A stretch of DNA of 63,550 nt, counting the filler, from Choristocarpus tenellus KU-1152 (lineage: Eukaryota > Protista > Phaeophyceae), in assembly GCA_964200185.2 (NCBI GenBank). It is 8 parts of 8 records of this genome, joined end to end, with 100 filler letters (N's around TTAATTAATTAA, not from the genome) between each part and the next. Parts side by side here need not be neighbours in the genome. Positions count along the whole stretch, not along the records: positions 1 to 22,021 come from CAXNAD020000307.1; 7 more parts are not named here. The stretch is one strand, 5' to 3'. Below the pieces are notes generated by a model. It did no database searches and was not told the DNA's origin. It saw nothing but the letters and a program-made list of their open reading frames with translations. How positions within the stretch are numbered: position 1 is the stretch's first letter; the number at the start of each line of letters is the position of its first letter. Below are positions 1 through 14,000 of this stretch, one piece after another. The position numbers and the translations under genes are program-made.

Positions 1-70
1 CAACCCCAACACGCCAACAAAACCCCCCCAAAACCCCCACAGGGAAAAAGGGGTCCCGAATGTACAGCCA

Positions 71-102
71 ACCCCCCCCCCCCCCCCCAGATACGTTGAG
101 CC
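71..102 (-). mobile_element. Terminus of a large poly-G-subterminal DNA transposon (GGCTCAACGTATCTGGGGG subfamily), cut by contig start
   Basis: C-run followed by agatacgttgagcc; this is the reverse complement of 21927-21959 and resembles the MITE TIR (gagtcaaagtatct). Confidence 0.55.
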
Positions 103-754
103 TTTGATAGGAAGAACCTGTCATACCATTTCACCAGCACCACTAAATTTCCAACAGAGGTTTACATGTGGAGTTTTTTTTGGAACGGTAACATAGTCTG
201 ATAAATCTTGACAACCTGTGCCACTTGCGGTCCGCCCAATACGAACAAAGATCAAGTCGCATTCGAAACATTGAAATCATTGTAGTGTAGTGCACCAAAA
301 ACGATGCTCTCTTGTGATTGTGGAGCCTCTTCACTTTGCCTGCGAAAATAGAATGGCTTCATTGGAGAGGCAGTTGCCACGAAGAGTGTGCAGTACACAG
401 CTCCAGACACTGCTCCAGCCCCAAGATCGTAACAGTCCCGTCTTAATATATTTCCAGTGGATGCTCCTACAATATTTCCCCTCTTACAATGTTTATGGCG
501 TAGGTGCGAATGGCCCTTGTGATGACACATGCAGATTTGTGAGCCAGAAGGAGCTCTCGGACCTCTCCATGCCTTGCAAGGTGACCCCTAACAATCCGCT
601 GAATAGTAATGGCATTCAAAGTGTACATGCGTGCCAATTTGATGGTGAAGATATGCCTATCATTCAGGGAGTTAGTTGGAGCGTAACAGTGATTGTCAGG
701 GTGTGTGCGGACTGTCTTACTGTATCAAAAATAAAAGTGTATTGCGGAGTAGAT

Positions 755-1014
755 GAATGAAAGTATCTTAGAGGGTACGAGTTTTGCCCTGTTTGTTCAT
801 TTGGGGCTTGGCTTCCCATGGTTTTTTTTAATGACATTTTCCTACTCGGATATGTTTCGGAGTAGGTAAAATTTATACGTTATGAAAAGGTGAGTCTGGA
901 ACAAGGATATTGACACTTCCTAAAAAACACGATAGTCAAAATTACATCAAAATCAGAACATTGGATTTTGGCCCCCAAATGGACGCGGCTCTACCCTCTA
1001 AGATACTTTGGCTC
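755..1014 (+). mobile_element. ~260-bp MITE (Sola2-like non-autonomous), copy 1
   Basis: TIR gaatgaaagtatcttagagggta / taccctctaagatactttggctc; inner inverted repeat catttgggg/cccaaatg; TSD AGAT on both sides. Confidence 0.9.
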
Positions 1015-2076
1015 AGATGGGAATGTTATTGCTGATCCGCATTGGATAGACAATGTAAGTGTGGAGACTTCGGTTGGGAGTCACAACAACATATTCTTCA
1101 TAGTAGTGGTAGAGGATAGAGTACAGAAAAAAGAATCACTAAAGATGGAAGAGAATATGCCCACGCCATTTCGCATCAAACCAACACAGTGCATGCGCTA
1201 GAAGCACAAAAGTTTAAGTTGCCACATGAAAAAGAGAAAGAAGATATTAATAGCTCAAATGTACTCGGATCACACCGTACGGTGACCAAGATATTGGGGG
1301 CAATCATATGAAGAAAGTGTAGCTTGTGACCCTATCTGTCTATATACGGGTCTCTAACACGTTCCTGCACAGAGCCCTACCCACTTCAAAAGAATGCACA
1401 CCTCAAGGTAAGGCCTCGAGGTGTGTTCCTTTTTAGGGTTGTGGCATGCTGAAATGAAGACTATATTACCAGTGTACTATGTAAGGTATTTTGTAACCTC
1501 CATATAGAGGATCTGAAGGAGTGTGACCAGTATGCAATAGCGTGTCCAACTAATCATTTCAAAATGATACTCTTTTGTATCTTTTTGAAGGATCATATCA
1601 GAATACGTCTTTCAGTGCTCAGAGGTATTGACCTCACAGAGGATACGGTTCATAATGAATGCCACCAAACGATAGCTGAGGGTTAGATTCCAGAACAGGG
1701 GTGCTGTTTAAACGTCCTGGACAGCAGTAGAGGTGTAACGGTCCTTGTCCTGCAATCTAAGATCACAAACCTTACGGATACATCACAAGACCAGACACCA
1801 GAAAAACCAGACTATTTGTTACATTAGACATCGAAGTAGTTTTATTTTATTTTATTTCTCACAGTACTACAACCATTTTAGCCGAGGATAATGACCATTG
1901 TAGCAGCCCAACTACTATTGCTGCCTGTCTATGATTGTTGTACAACTACATCATTTAGTCATTATATGAAAGGAAGGTAGATTCACTCTACTGCCTGATA
2001 TGTCCTACAGTTTGCTCAAAGCGCATACTTTTTGGTATCTGTAATATTTTGGAAGGATATACAGTGCTTATTTTTT

Positions 2077-5000
2077 TCAGACTTCCGAGTGTTTTGAGTG
2101 CGCTTGCCTGGCCTGCAGTCCCCTATACAAGCGCTGGATGTCTGAGGCCGCCTTGAACCTTCTCCTCCTCCAAAGGTACCTGCTCACACAAACCGAATTG
2201 TCAATAGGTGTGAGCATTCAGTTCAACAGGGGTAGTGCAGGATGTGAAAAGTGATCCCAGCAGGAAATGCACCATGAGTAAGCAACCTTGCCCACAGAGG
2301 CTTGCTGTCAGGCAGTACAACTTGCTTGAGGCCTTCTCCCAAAACTACACTTGAGGAAACCACAATCATGCAATGAAAAGTTAAGTGCTTGACGGTTCAC
2401 TCATTCAAGCCTGTTGAGGTTCTCTCAGCCAATACTAAGAAGAGAAATAGAAGACAAAACCTTGTCCTAAGCATAGCATCCCCATTCGCTCAAGGAAGCA
2501 CTTTCAACACCCAAGGTTACATTATCCCAGCACAACCACCATGACCTGTCCGACATGGAGACTTTCTTTCAGCAGCAGAGTAGTACCAGGATTGAGTGCT
2601 AGATATGATACGAGCCAAAGATTAGTGTTTTAATCAATTGAGTACCGTCCATGATATATCAAGCCAAGAGAGTGCGCTCATTTTGCAACTTACATTATCC
2701 CACCAACTCTGGGATATCTCAACCAGTTGACGGGACACCTACATGCCCTTGGTTCAGGATTGCTGGTCCTAGTTTGTACTAATGACAGAAATGATTGTTG
2801 TGTGCAGCATCACCTCCCCCTGTATTGCAGTGTTCCAAGGTTGTAACTTCTTGACCTACTGCTTAGTTTAACCCATGCACACCTTTCATTTAATCACTGA
2901 CCTCCTTGCAGCCATCTGGATCTTGATGGCATCCTCTGGCCGTGGCAGGCGCCGAATTCCAAGGTAGAATCTTCTCCAACAGCCACGCCTCAAAACCTTC
3001 CGAATTTTCAGCCTTTGAACAAATGTCCGAGCAAAGTGTGCGCGATACTCTCGCTGGGGAAGTTGGAGCATTTGTTTTTTTCGTGTTGTTGATGATAGTG
3101 GCGTAGGGTGAGGTGGAGTGGGATGAAATAGGGCAGGGGTATATAGAAAGGGGTGCACCTCTTAGTACATAGCCTGGGCAGTCCCAATAAATCGGAGAAG
3201 ATTGGTTGTGAATCCGAAAGTCTAGCAAGAGACTCCTTGTTTGAGATTGGGTCGAGCATTTTGTCGCGTGACGGTTTCCTAATTTGTGTAGGGAGGAAGC
3301 ATCAATGGCAATAATCTCTTCCGCAATACCACATACAACTCTGGGTTGTTGAAGGCATGCTGTCAACACAGAGAGGACGAAGAAATTAGGCTTGTCAACT
3401 GCACCCCAATTGGGTTTGAAAAAAACACACTTCCACCTTGGAGTTGGGAAAGGTTGCCATCTACTCAAGTCTCTTGTTGTCATGGCTTCTACTACACATA
3501 TCTAACGTATTTTCTACTTGCCAGCTTGTTCGGGTTGTTTAGGATGTTGCTGTTCCACTAGCCTGCTTCTCAAATTTAAATAGGGAGTATACCAGAGTGG
3601 TAATCAACCTTAGAGCAGTTGAGAATGTTTTAAAATATGGTAGACAGTTTCGTGCTTCTGCTCCTCGATCTCACCCAACCATACACTATAGATGAACATA
3701 GGAAGGCATATCTTTACTACCCAGTGAATACCACTCGCCTCAGACACATGTAGTCCATTTTATTTTTTCTTGTTATGTTCTATATTACTACAAATGCACT
3801 GTATCTTACTTGACTTCCTCTCCACCCGAACTTGACTCAACACTGTCTACACACATCACCAGATAAACACAAGCGATGCATTGGGTTTATTGTGATGCCT
3901 TGCAAACCTGGATTATTTTTGCTGCCTTTCTGGCCAAAATGAGTTTTTGCAGGCATGCCCGTTTGAAGCTATAACCCTTGACCTTCCTCCACCAGGAAAC
4001 AATACACATTTGCGCATACTCACGAGCAAAGTTGCAGCGAACCACCGCCTTTTCAAGGCGGCAGACATGCCATAACAAACAAAGGGTGGAGATGAATCAC
4101 AGGACAGACCGTAGAGAGAAAGTGGCAGCAGTGAGGGGCAAGGTTGTTGTAGCAAAGCAAACACAAGTAAGAAGAGGAAAGGATAGAAAACAGGTTTGGA
4201 CTTTGGGTTGGTCCTTGGAAAGGATTGGTTTTGGGATCATCCGAAGCAGGGGTGGATGAGTCAGGGGAATATTAAAGGGTAGAGTAGGAGGTGATTCTTT
4301 GAAGCATCAAGGGAAGGTTATGGCTATGCCGACTGGTGTTGTGCACAAACCAATGAAGTTGCAGTGTAGGTTTGGATAACATACAAAAGCAAGCACATCA
4401 TGACTTCTTCCCAGAAGTATGTGGGACAGATTCTCAGAGGGAGAACTCGTCCCAACCGCAGTTGCCTGATGGATGTATTCAAGGTCGATATGTGATGCAC
4501 TAATAGTCAAGTTTCCCAGAGTGAAACCTCCCCCCCCCACACACATGCAGGCGCCCAAGTTTGTCTATTTTCAGAACCTTTCACTTTGCTCTATGCCTCA
4601 AGATCTCTTCAGGGGAAGAGATCCTGACTGCATCCGCTTCATCTGTGGATCAGTAGGACTTGCCTTCACCTCGTATTGCACTAGTCCCCCAAGGACCTTT
4701 TCAGGCAACAAGCATATACTTGACAAGCTGCAACATGTTGAATGCACCACTAAAAAAAGAAGAAGGTCACATTCATTATCAAGAACTCTGGATATCAATG
4801 TATACTTTGGTATGGATACTTTTCGAGCATTAATGAGGTCAGGCCTATACATATATCTTAGTTCAGGAAAAGATTAAGATTCGGGTAATGACATGGGAGC
4901 ATTTCTATATCTAGAAACCACAACTGACCTGCTCTCGTAATCGAACATCTCGGATGAGCCACTTAAAATGATACTGGGAACGCCACAAGATCTGGATGAT

Positions 5001-8000
5001 ACAGGCAGACCTCTCTCTCTTCTTTAACTCCAAGGCACGAAAATATGCCAAGATCTTCCATGCACTGTATCCCCTCCATGCCGACTGGATGAGGACTGAA
5101 GCCTGCAAGGGGAGTCAAGGTGTGAGAGGGGAAGGGTATGAGAGAATTGTTGTATGTATATATATATATATATATATCAGGTGACGACAAAGAGAATGTG
5201 GAGGTATTAGATGGTCAAGGTTGAGGCAAGGGGATCGGTAATGAGCTATAGGCCTAGAGCTTCGCCCTTTGCTGTGCGCCTTCAATTTGCAAGTGGGAGG
5301 GTGGCTCAGTGAAAGGAGACGGTGGAGAAGATTTGATTCTGACTGGCACTTGTTGTCTTCTGCAGCATATAGCATCAATCTTGACAAATTCTCTCGCATG
5401 AAGGGTGAGTTTGGGAAACTCCATAAGTAAGCTGAGAACAATTAGCTGGTACGGAGCCAACAATAACAACATAAACAAGAGAGCAGTGACTAGTCAAGAT
5501 GATCTAGCTTTTGAAAGTACGCCACAGGGGTGTGACTTGCTCCTGTGCTCCCGTGTTTCGACAGGGTCTCCCTGGGCTTAGGAAGATGAAAAAAAACATG
5601 AGACTCCCTACATCCTGCCCACCTTGAGAACCCTACCTGGATAAGTTCTTTCTGTATTTACTCACATGGCCACGCTGTAGTCTTCCTCTTATCTGCCACA
5701 GAGAATTGTAACATATTGCCAATGTTGTTGCTGTAGACCAACACCTGTTGGTATACATTAGTATGTTGATAGTATTCATTAATATGTTGTTCAAGATGAG
5801 CCAAATTATCTTAGAGGGTAGAGCCGCGTCCAGTTGGGGGCCAAAATCCAATGTTGCGATTTTGATATAATTTTGACTATCGTTCTTGTTAGAAAGTGTC
5901 AAACTCCATGTTTCAGACACACCTTTTCATGACGTATACATTTTTCCTACTCCTAACCATGTTGGAGTAGGAAAAATACCATAAGAAAGCCCATGGGAAG
6001 CCAAGTTCCAAATGGACAAACAGGGCAAAACTCGCACCCTCTAAGATAAATTCACTCAGATGCGAGGAGGAGAAAGAGCAAGAACAAAATAATGCCACAG
6101 GGAGAGGGGGTAAGATTGTGTAACTGTGGAAGTAGTGTTGGCTACACGGTTTTAAATGGTAGTTCAGGCTTGGATACTTGTGAGCAAAAGCTGTCAATAG
6201 TATTCCAACTGTTCAGTCATCACACGTCCTTAGAGTGAAAGTATCTTAGATGGTAGGAGTTCTGCCCTGTTTGTCCATTTGGGACTTGGATTCCCACAGG
6301 TTTTCTATGATATTTTATCTACTCCGAAATGTTTTGGAGTAGGAAAAGGTGTGTCTGGATCACGGATATTCTCACTTCCTAACAAACATGATAGCCAAAA
6401 TTACATCAAGCTTTCAACATTGGATTTTGGCCGCCAAACGGACTCGGCTCTACCCTCTAAGATACTTTGACTCTTAGTTAATAGTTTACGAACTTATTGC
6501 ATCCCCGAGAGGGATTGGCATCACAATGTACTGCAGAGCGTTACTATGACGAGTATGTGACTAGTGAAGGTAGGGTTAGGGTTAGGGATACAAGACAAGA
6601 AGGAACTACTAGTGGAAAGAGGAGATATGCAAAGATAAGAGAAACAACCTGCTTTACCCCTCCCTCGATGGTCTACCCAGCTATACCCTTATACTGTCAA
6701 CTGCTGAGTCACCGTCACTAAAGATCCTCACTTTTGTTCCACCAGCTTCTAAGTCCTCTACATCTCGATCTCTCCCTGCCCAATCTCCACACACCTCAAA
6801 GCATGCTGTCGCCTTCGAAGTCTCTTGGAAAGCCAACCCCAATTGTTGATTGCCTTCAGGTTGTGCCTTCTCAACGCCTTAGCCCTCAAACGTCCCATCC
6901 ACCCTCTCATCACACGCTGCATATTAGTAGATTCAGTCCTGTGGTGAACAGAATCCAAACCCCCGAAAATAAAAAACATGAATATTCAAACTTGTTGTTT
7001 GTCTGATTCAAACTTGTTGTATCAACAAGGGTGTCTAATGTGCCAAGGAAGGGGTCCTTGATGTATCATATCTTACCTGTCCTTTGAAGTTGAGGAGTTA
7101 CAGAAGGAGTGCCGGCATATCAAAGCAATGAGTGGCATGGCAAGGAGGTTGGAAGTTGAGGGTCCATAGGAACCGTTGAGTGTTAGTCGCAAATATATCA
7201 TACATAGTTAAACTGAGCTGGACTATTACTCCCACTTCTGTTCAACAATACCATCATATTTTCGGAATATTCGGGAAGTGACAGAAAGAGGAAGGAATTT
7301 TATGGAATCAACACCACCAGGGCCTTTGGATTCGAAAAAAAATAAATTATGATGGAGTGTCTGTCTCACAATACCATGAGAAGAAAAAATAGTTGTCACG
7401 CTTATGAACTTGCAATGCAGAGGTTCCTGGAGCCAAAATATTATTCGTCCTTGGCATGTGACAAGCAGCCGCACTGATAATTGTTTTCTTAATGATGCCA
7501 AAGTAGTTTAGACACCTACATCATTTGTTCATTTTTTTATCCCTTCGTCTTTTATGTTTTTGGGGGTGATGGTGTTTCTTCTCCTTCGGGTTCTGTTCCT
7601 TACTTTTCTTTTTTCGGTGTATATTATATTATTTTTTCGCTGGCTTGCTGTCTTTTCTCAAGCAACGTCTACTGCCTTCTTTAGACTACCATTTCAATGA
7701 CGGGTCTGGGATCCCTCAGACTATTGTGACAAGTGCTAAAATAGGAAAGATGCTTCGCAATAATACGGCAAATCGATTTCCGCATGGAGTGAGTGTGATG
7801 ACCAGGTCAATCATGGCTGCCTCACTAGATCAAGCATTACATTGTGGAAACATACTACTAGATGAGAGGAAGGAGTGAAACAAGGGATGGAGGCGAGTGA
7901 CAACAAGACTGCAGGACTCGCCTCTCTCTCTTCAGGCGTTCGAGCTCTTGCTTCGCTTCTGAGCGTAGGATATAGGCCTTCCTCGCCTCCTGGAGGCCCC

Positions 8001-11000
8001 TGGCGGCAGCTGCAGTGTTACGGTTCACACCCAGTGTCCCACAGCAAGAATAGGGGAATAATTTGGCCATGCAAGGGAAAACACAATGAAGAAAATGCTA
8101 GAGGAGGAGATGATATTGGCATCAACACTTTTGGTTCGAATTTTAGTCTGTCTAGGTGTATATACCCTTTCGTACGATTAGGACGTTCCCTCTGGGTTGT
8201 CATGGACGTCATTTTAGAAGATGTAAGTGCTCAGCATGTACTTTGTTCCATATTTATTCTTCTTAATTTAAACCCTTCATTTAACTCATACGGTGTTTGA
8301 AAGGCAGAGGCAACGTGATTGAGCAACCCAGAGGTGTGAGAGTATAGACTAGAAAATGAACAGATCTTGTTGGGGTTGACTACAGTAGGACGTGCCCCAA
8401 CTAGTATTGGTAGCGAGGATATCATGTGGGGCGATGGGGGCAGCACAAGAATATGATCATACACCATCCTATGTCCATTCAGGGAGCAGAGCAGAAGGTG
8501 GTGAATGGTCATGGCATCAATGCTTTATCGCTTACGCTTGAGTGATATGGTGGTGGAGAAGAAGGGAGATTAAAGCCACTTTCAGACATGAGGTCAAGAT
8601 CCTTGCTAAGACTGATCGCAAAACAGTCAACTTGTCTATGTCAAGACCGCACATCGGTGACATAATACACTCTCCCATGGAATTGCCTCTTTAGATCCAT
8701 ACCTACAAGCACCGCTGACATCAAACCTATGAGTGAGGGCTCTGACAATAACCATTGATATGGAAATGCCCCCCAAATGCTCCAACATATGAATTTTCGA
8801 AGATAAGATGAGAGAAGTCAGAGCCTGGGTAATCAACAGGTGGTAGTGTAAGACTGATTTGCCTCGTCGATATGATGAGACCAGTCATGCCATTGCTGGG
8901 AGAGATCTAAAAAGCTGAGTTCACCTCAATGATAACCCGTGCAGCTTTGCTTCCAATGCACACAGCCACAAACAATATGTGTGCTCTCATCCGCCCCTCA
9001 GGTCAATGTATTCTTCCCATCAATGCACCAAAATATAAGCTATTTGCAAGACCTTCATATTTTGTTGCACCTGGAGAAGATAATAGTCGTAACTATTTCA
9101 AGGTTGGACTCTCTCTGCAACCTTTCGCTCTACAGCAATACACTTTCTCCTCCTTCTGTTGATGTCACCTCTCCTCAACACGTTGGTGCCTCTACATCCA
9201 TTTACTCCTCTCCCTTCTGAGGTTGCACACCCTCAACACCTTCTTGTTCTACATGAATATATACAGCACCCCTTCCCCCACCCCACAATGTTACCTCTCC
9301 TTGACACATTGGTGCCTCTACATCCATTTAATCCTCTCCCTTCTGAGGTTGCACACCCTCAACACCTTTCTGTTCTACATGAATATATACAGCACCCCTT
9401 CCTCTCCCCACGACTGTGCCCCCCTCACGATTGCTCTCTCAAGCTTCTTCCCTTATAATATAAGTAGAGCTTCGCGTTCTACTCTGCCCCTGCCCCCCAT
9501 GCTCTTTCCTTACCTTCCTTGGCCTTAAGCGCCTGCTCACGTTTCCAGTTCATTCGTCCTAGGCAAATGCCTCCAAACTTGACACGGAGGATAGTAGCCG
9601 CTCTCTTCTGCACTTTAATAGCCCTGGCAAGGCGTTGGCGCTCGAGGAACCCTCTGCACAAACGTTGGGCTACAATAGCGGCGGCTGTTGACTCCACTCG
9701 TTCCTGCTCACAAGTCCAAGAGATGGTGGAAAATTGAAGGCTGATACATCAAGAGAGCACTTTTCTCTGTCTGTTTCCCACTTTGTTCATTACTCTTGTT
9801 CTATTTTCAACTAATTTTGAAAATGGGGCTCATGGGTTGCACCTCCAATGCAGTAGTAGCACATGGATCACTCCTGCCCAAAGTACCTGCACATATGCAT
9901 TGTACACTTGGCATGCCACAGGACAAGGTTGAAGCACATGAGTGCCTTCATCTCTCATTGCCATTGGAAGGCGATTCGCAGCTGTCTGCAACCTGGTGCC
10001 CCTGATCTATCAAGGCCCAGAAGAGAAAAGTGGAGGTATTCAGTTGTGGCGATGGATACAGTGGTTTGAGGACAGGTAGAGGAATCCGGGTAGGGGGTGG
10101 GATGGGAGGGGATGGTGCCTTGAGCTTGTGGATGGAAGTATCACCAATGGATTGGAAGTGATCAAGGCAAATCTTTGGTGCCATGTGAGGTTTTTATAAT
10201 TGAATTTTTCCACAGAGGAGTAATGTCAATACAACAGGAACAGTAGTGGCAGTTGTTGTACCAACAACAGCAGCACAGGTATATAAATTGGTAGAGAAGA
10301 AGACTTAAAAGAAAGGGACATGGCGACATTGGGAGCACAGCCTGGATCAACAGACGAGTTAATATGGTACAACCATTCAACAGGATGTATTGTCTGGTCA
10401 ATATCCTGGCCCATCAATCTTGGCGCAGTAGTTCCTATGATACTGCCATGCCCTTGCTGCTTTGCCTTGCTTATACCTTGAGTGCAGGGTAGTGAGAAGG
10501 TTTTCTATTATTGTAGTATCAAAAGGAAGGGAGCACCACTTGAACTTAAGGTTAAATATTGCGCTACTCCAACTTGAGAATTGCACATCCAATTTAAACA
10601 GATTGCTTGTGTTGTTCCACTATTATGATCTACCATTGCCAAAGTTAAAGAAAACTAAATCCAAACAGTATTACACGTAGACGAGCGATAACGCATTGCA
10701 CCTCTTCTCCTACTTCCATTCACAATTGCTTGCTCTGCTCCTGACACACAGATAGTCAACCGCGGATATATGCCACCATCAGGTCGAATGCAGTGTCTGT
10801 ACCAGTTAATATAGCTATTTTAGCAGCTGACTAAATTGACCAATAGGGCACAGGCAGCTGCAGAATCTTTTGGTTGCATGGGGCGAACAAGGTGGCAAGT
10901 GTTTAATGTGTGCCTCAAGACAAGGACCAGGCTTAGAATATCTACACTGTTTTTCACCACAGATTTCAGACTGCTCCTACCATTTTGACCCAAAGCATTT

Positions 11001-14000
11001 CAGAGGGTAGACGATTACCTCTATTTGTCTGTTCAGGGCTTGGCTTCCCACGGGTTTTTTATGCCCACTTTTTGTTTTCCTGTGAACATAGTTACATACT
11101 CCGAAACATTTTGAATATACACAACTATGAAAGGTGTGTCCGGAGCAAGGATATTGACACTTGCTAGCCAACACGATAGCCAAAATTACATCAAAATCGC
11201 AACATTAGATTCATGACCCCGAACGAATGGACGTGGCCCTACCCTCTGAAGTGCTTTGGATCTTTGCCTCAGGAGTATGATTATTATTGCCATTGGAGGG
11301 AGGCTGGGACTGGTAATAGGGGTTACACGGCACCTGTGATATGCCCTTGATATTGAGGTGCTGCAAGTGACGGCAGGAGTTCTCCATCACTCCAATCATA
11401 GCCTGGAGTTCAAGAGGACAGTTTTTGGAGATGGAGGTCACATCAACTCCATTGTGGATCATTTAAGGGTGAGATGGATATTTTAAAAATATTGTGAGTA
11501 ATAAAGTTGCAAGTTACAGTGGGAGGGAAAATAGCGACTTGGAAAACAAAAGCATTGATGGGAAAAATGATCGTGCTTTTAAGAATAGTGACGATTAGGG
11601 AAATGTGATATCACAAAATGCAAAAAAGATTGAGGAAGTGGTGGGTATAGTATGATCTTGAAAATTAATACCAATAGAGCAATGTCATTATATAGCACTG
11701 AGGCAATGAGATGCAATTGCCATGCAGTCTTTCTCTCCCCCTCAGTGCTGGTACTGCTCAGAGGGGACAGGAAGAGGACCAATGACAAGTGATGTCTACA
11801 TGTACTAGCACCCAGTTCGTACGCAGAAAAATATATTAATTTGGGATGAGTATGTCTATAGTACCCCAGGGTACTTCCAAGAGTAACTCAAAAAAGATAA
11901 AAGCTTTTGGGGGTGCAAGGAAGGATTACATCAGGAATAAGAAGGGTTCAAAGAGGATTGAGCTCTCTACCTGAAAGCAATGCTGTCATACATGGTCGTT
12001 AGGAGAGTGAAAGTATCTTTGAGGGTACGGAATTTGCCCTGTTTGTCCGTTAGGGGCTTGGTTTCCCACGTTTTTTTTAATGATATTTTCCTACACCAAA
12101 ATGTTTCTGATAAAATAAAATGTGTACGTTATGAAAAGGTGTGTGCAGAACAAGGATATGGACACTTCCTAACAAACACAACAGTCAAAATTACGTCAAA
12201 ATCGCAACATTGGATTTTGGACCCCAAATGGACGCGGCTCTACCCTCTAAGATACTTCGACTCAGGACTTATTTCTTACCTCAGTGAGATCGACTGCCCC
12301 CTTGAGATTTATACTGGTGAGGCTAGGGCACCCCAGCAGCATGGCCCGGCACCCATCATCTGTGACCCCCTCACAAGCTCGAAGATTGACAGCCTCAAGA
12401 CCATGGCAATGGCGTCCCAGGGCTATGAGAGCAATGTCTGTCACCTTCCATGTAAGATTACACATTGAGGTTGGGAGCACATACTATGAATATTGCAGGA
12501 GGGGGGAGAATTGGCTGGAGTGGGAAACTCTCAGGGAGAATATGTGTCCAGAGGCAAATACTGGACTGGTAAGTGTGTGAAAATGGTTGTGGACCCGTCT
12601 TTTCCGAAACTCGATTCTGCCCTGGGTCACTCAGCATAACAATAACTTACTCGGCACAGAGCATGCCTGGACTTCCCTTCAACAGAGCGTCGGATTCCTA
12701 ATGTGGAACAATGCCTCAGGATACAGAGCCTAAAAAAGCACCTGAGAGCAATGCTACTTCGCGTTTGCATATGGAGAACACACCCACCCTTCCATTAGAA
12801 CTGAACATGCAGGGACAAGCTCCTACACTGTCTGCAAGTGTCAACCTACACTCTGCAGGCACGGGGATGAGGTAGACGTGCCCCATCAGCATCATACTAA
12901 CAAAGTCTATAAAGGAAAGTACATGTAAGGAGCAAGGTTTTATCTCATTGAATGCTGCCACTCGGAGTCCCATTTCCCCCTTGCCTTTTGTGAAAGGATA
13001 TGATCTTGAACGTTTCGATGTCTGAATAATTGCTCAAGGTACATTCGACTCTAGTATGTTGCTTTCCGAAACATGCAGCTAGTGTTATGTCATTAAATCA
13101 CTTGGCAACAAAAGGAGACATCATCCCATACACAAATATTGAACTCCAGCATATTCTTATAGTTTATTTGATACGCTCACTTATGTCGTCCGCATTTTGA
13201 AGATGTAATCTCGACACGAATCTATTCATACATATACCTTCGAGATCTACGTCTAGAATTTCTTCAACACTACACAAAAAAAGTTGTTCCAGCTGTCCAC
13301 GTGGTGGTGTGTATGTAGACCACTCTTCCATCACCAATTTTTGGTGGTTCGATTTCTCTAGCTTGTACTCTCTGTGGCATGGTGCCTCTACTGCTCTTAC
13401 TTCTCAACAGTCTTCTTGGGGGATTGGTAAAATGCTCAGCATTCACTAGATTAGGATCGCTTTCTATTTCCCTACTCCCTTACTGCCATCCTACTGGTGG
13501 TTGTCGTTTCCAACCCTAACCCTAAGCCTAATTAGAATTTCCTATCAGTCTACTCTTGGCAACTACAACACTCCGTGCAACACCCCACCCTCCCGTGGGC
13601 CTCTCCCAGTCAACTACATCCTGACAAAACAAAGCATCGAACCCTAACCCTAACCAGTAAAAAAAAAATCGTTGGTGCCATGCCGAGTTCAGGGTGACTA
13701 AACTTTCAGAAGGATAAGGGTGTGAAGCCCAAATATGTACCCGCTAGGCCATACACAATCTACAGGTTTCTACTAAGAGCCCGATTTACATTGAAGAGCA
13801 CGAAGACATCTCTTAGCAGTACATATTTCTAGGGTGCAGCTGCTACCATAGGGTTAGAAACATTCACTTTTCTCATCGACACATCATTATCATTGCAGTA
13901 ATGGTGCCGAAAATTGACAGTTGATATTGGTCTTTTTTAAAGTCCCCCCTCCTTGTTCCTCACGATATTTTTTTTGACAATAGCGGAAAGGCAACGGTGG

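Noticed and set aside
110-750. ORFs 290-760 (+) and 252-530 (-)
   Set aside because: No recognisable motif or splice structure; probably an old repeat remnant.
5633-6470. Recurrent short ORFs such as QNYIKIATLDFGPQ and WILAPKWTRLYPLRYF
   Set aside because: Chance translations of the non-coding MITE.
12580-13450. Possible degraded copia RT/RNase H in an intron (also integrase-like traces at 16280-16560)
   Set aside because: Only faint motif echoes; cannot be supported without alignment.
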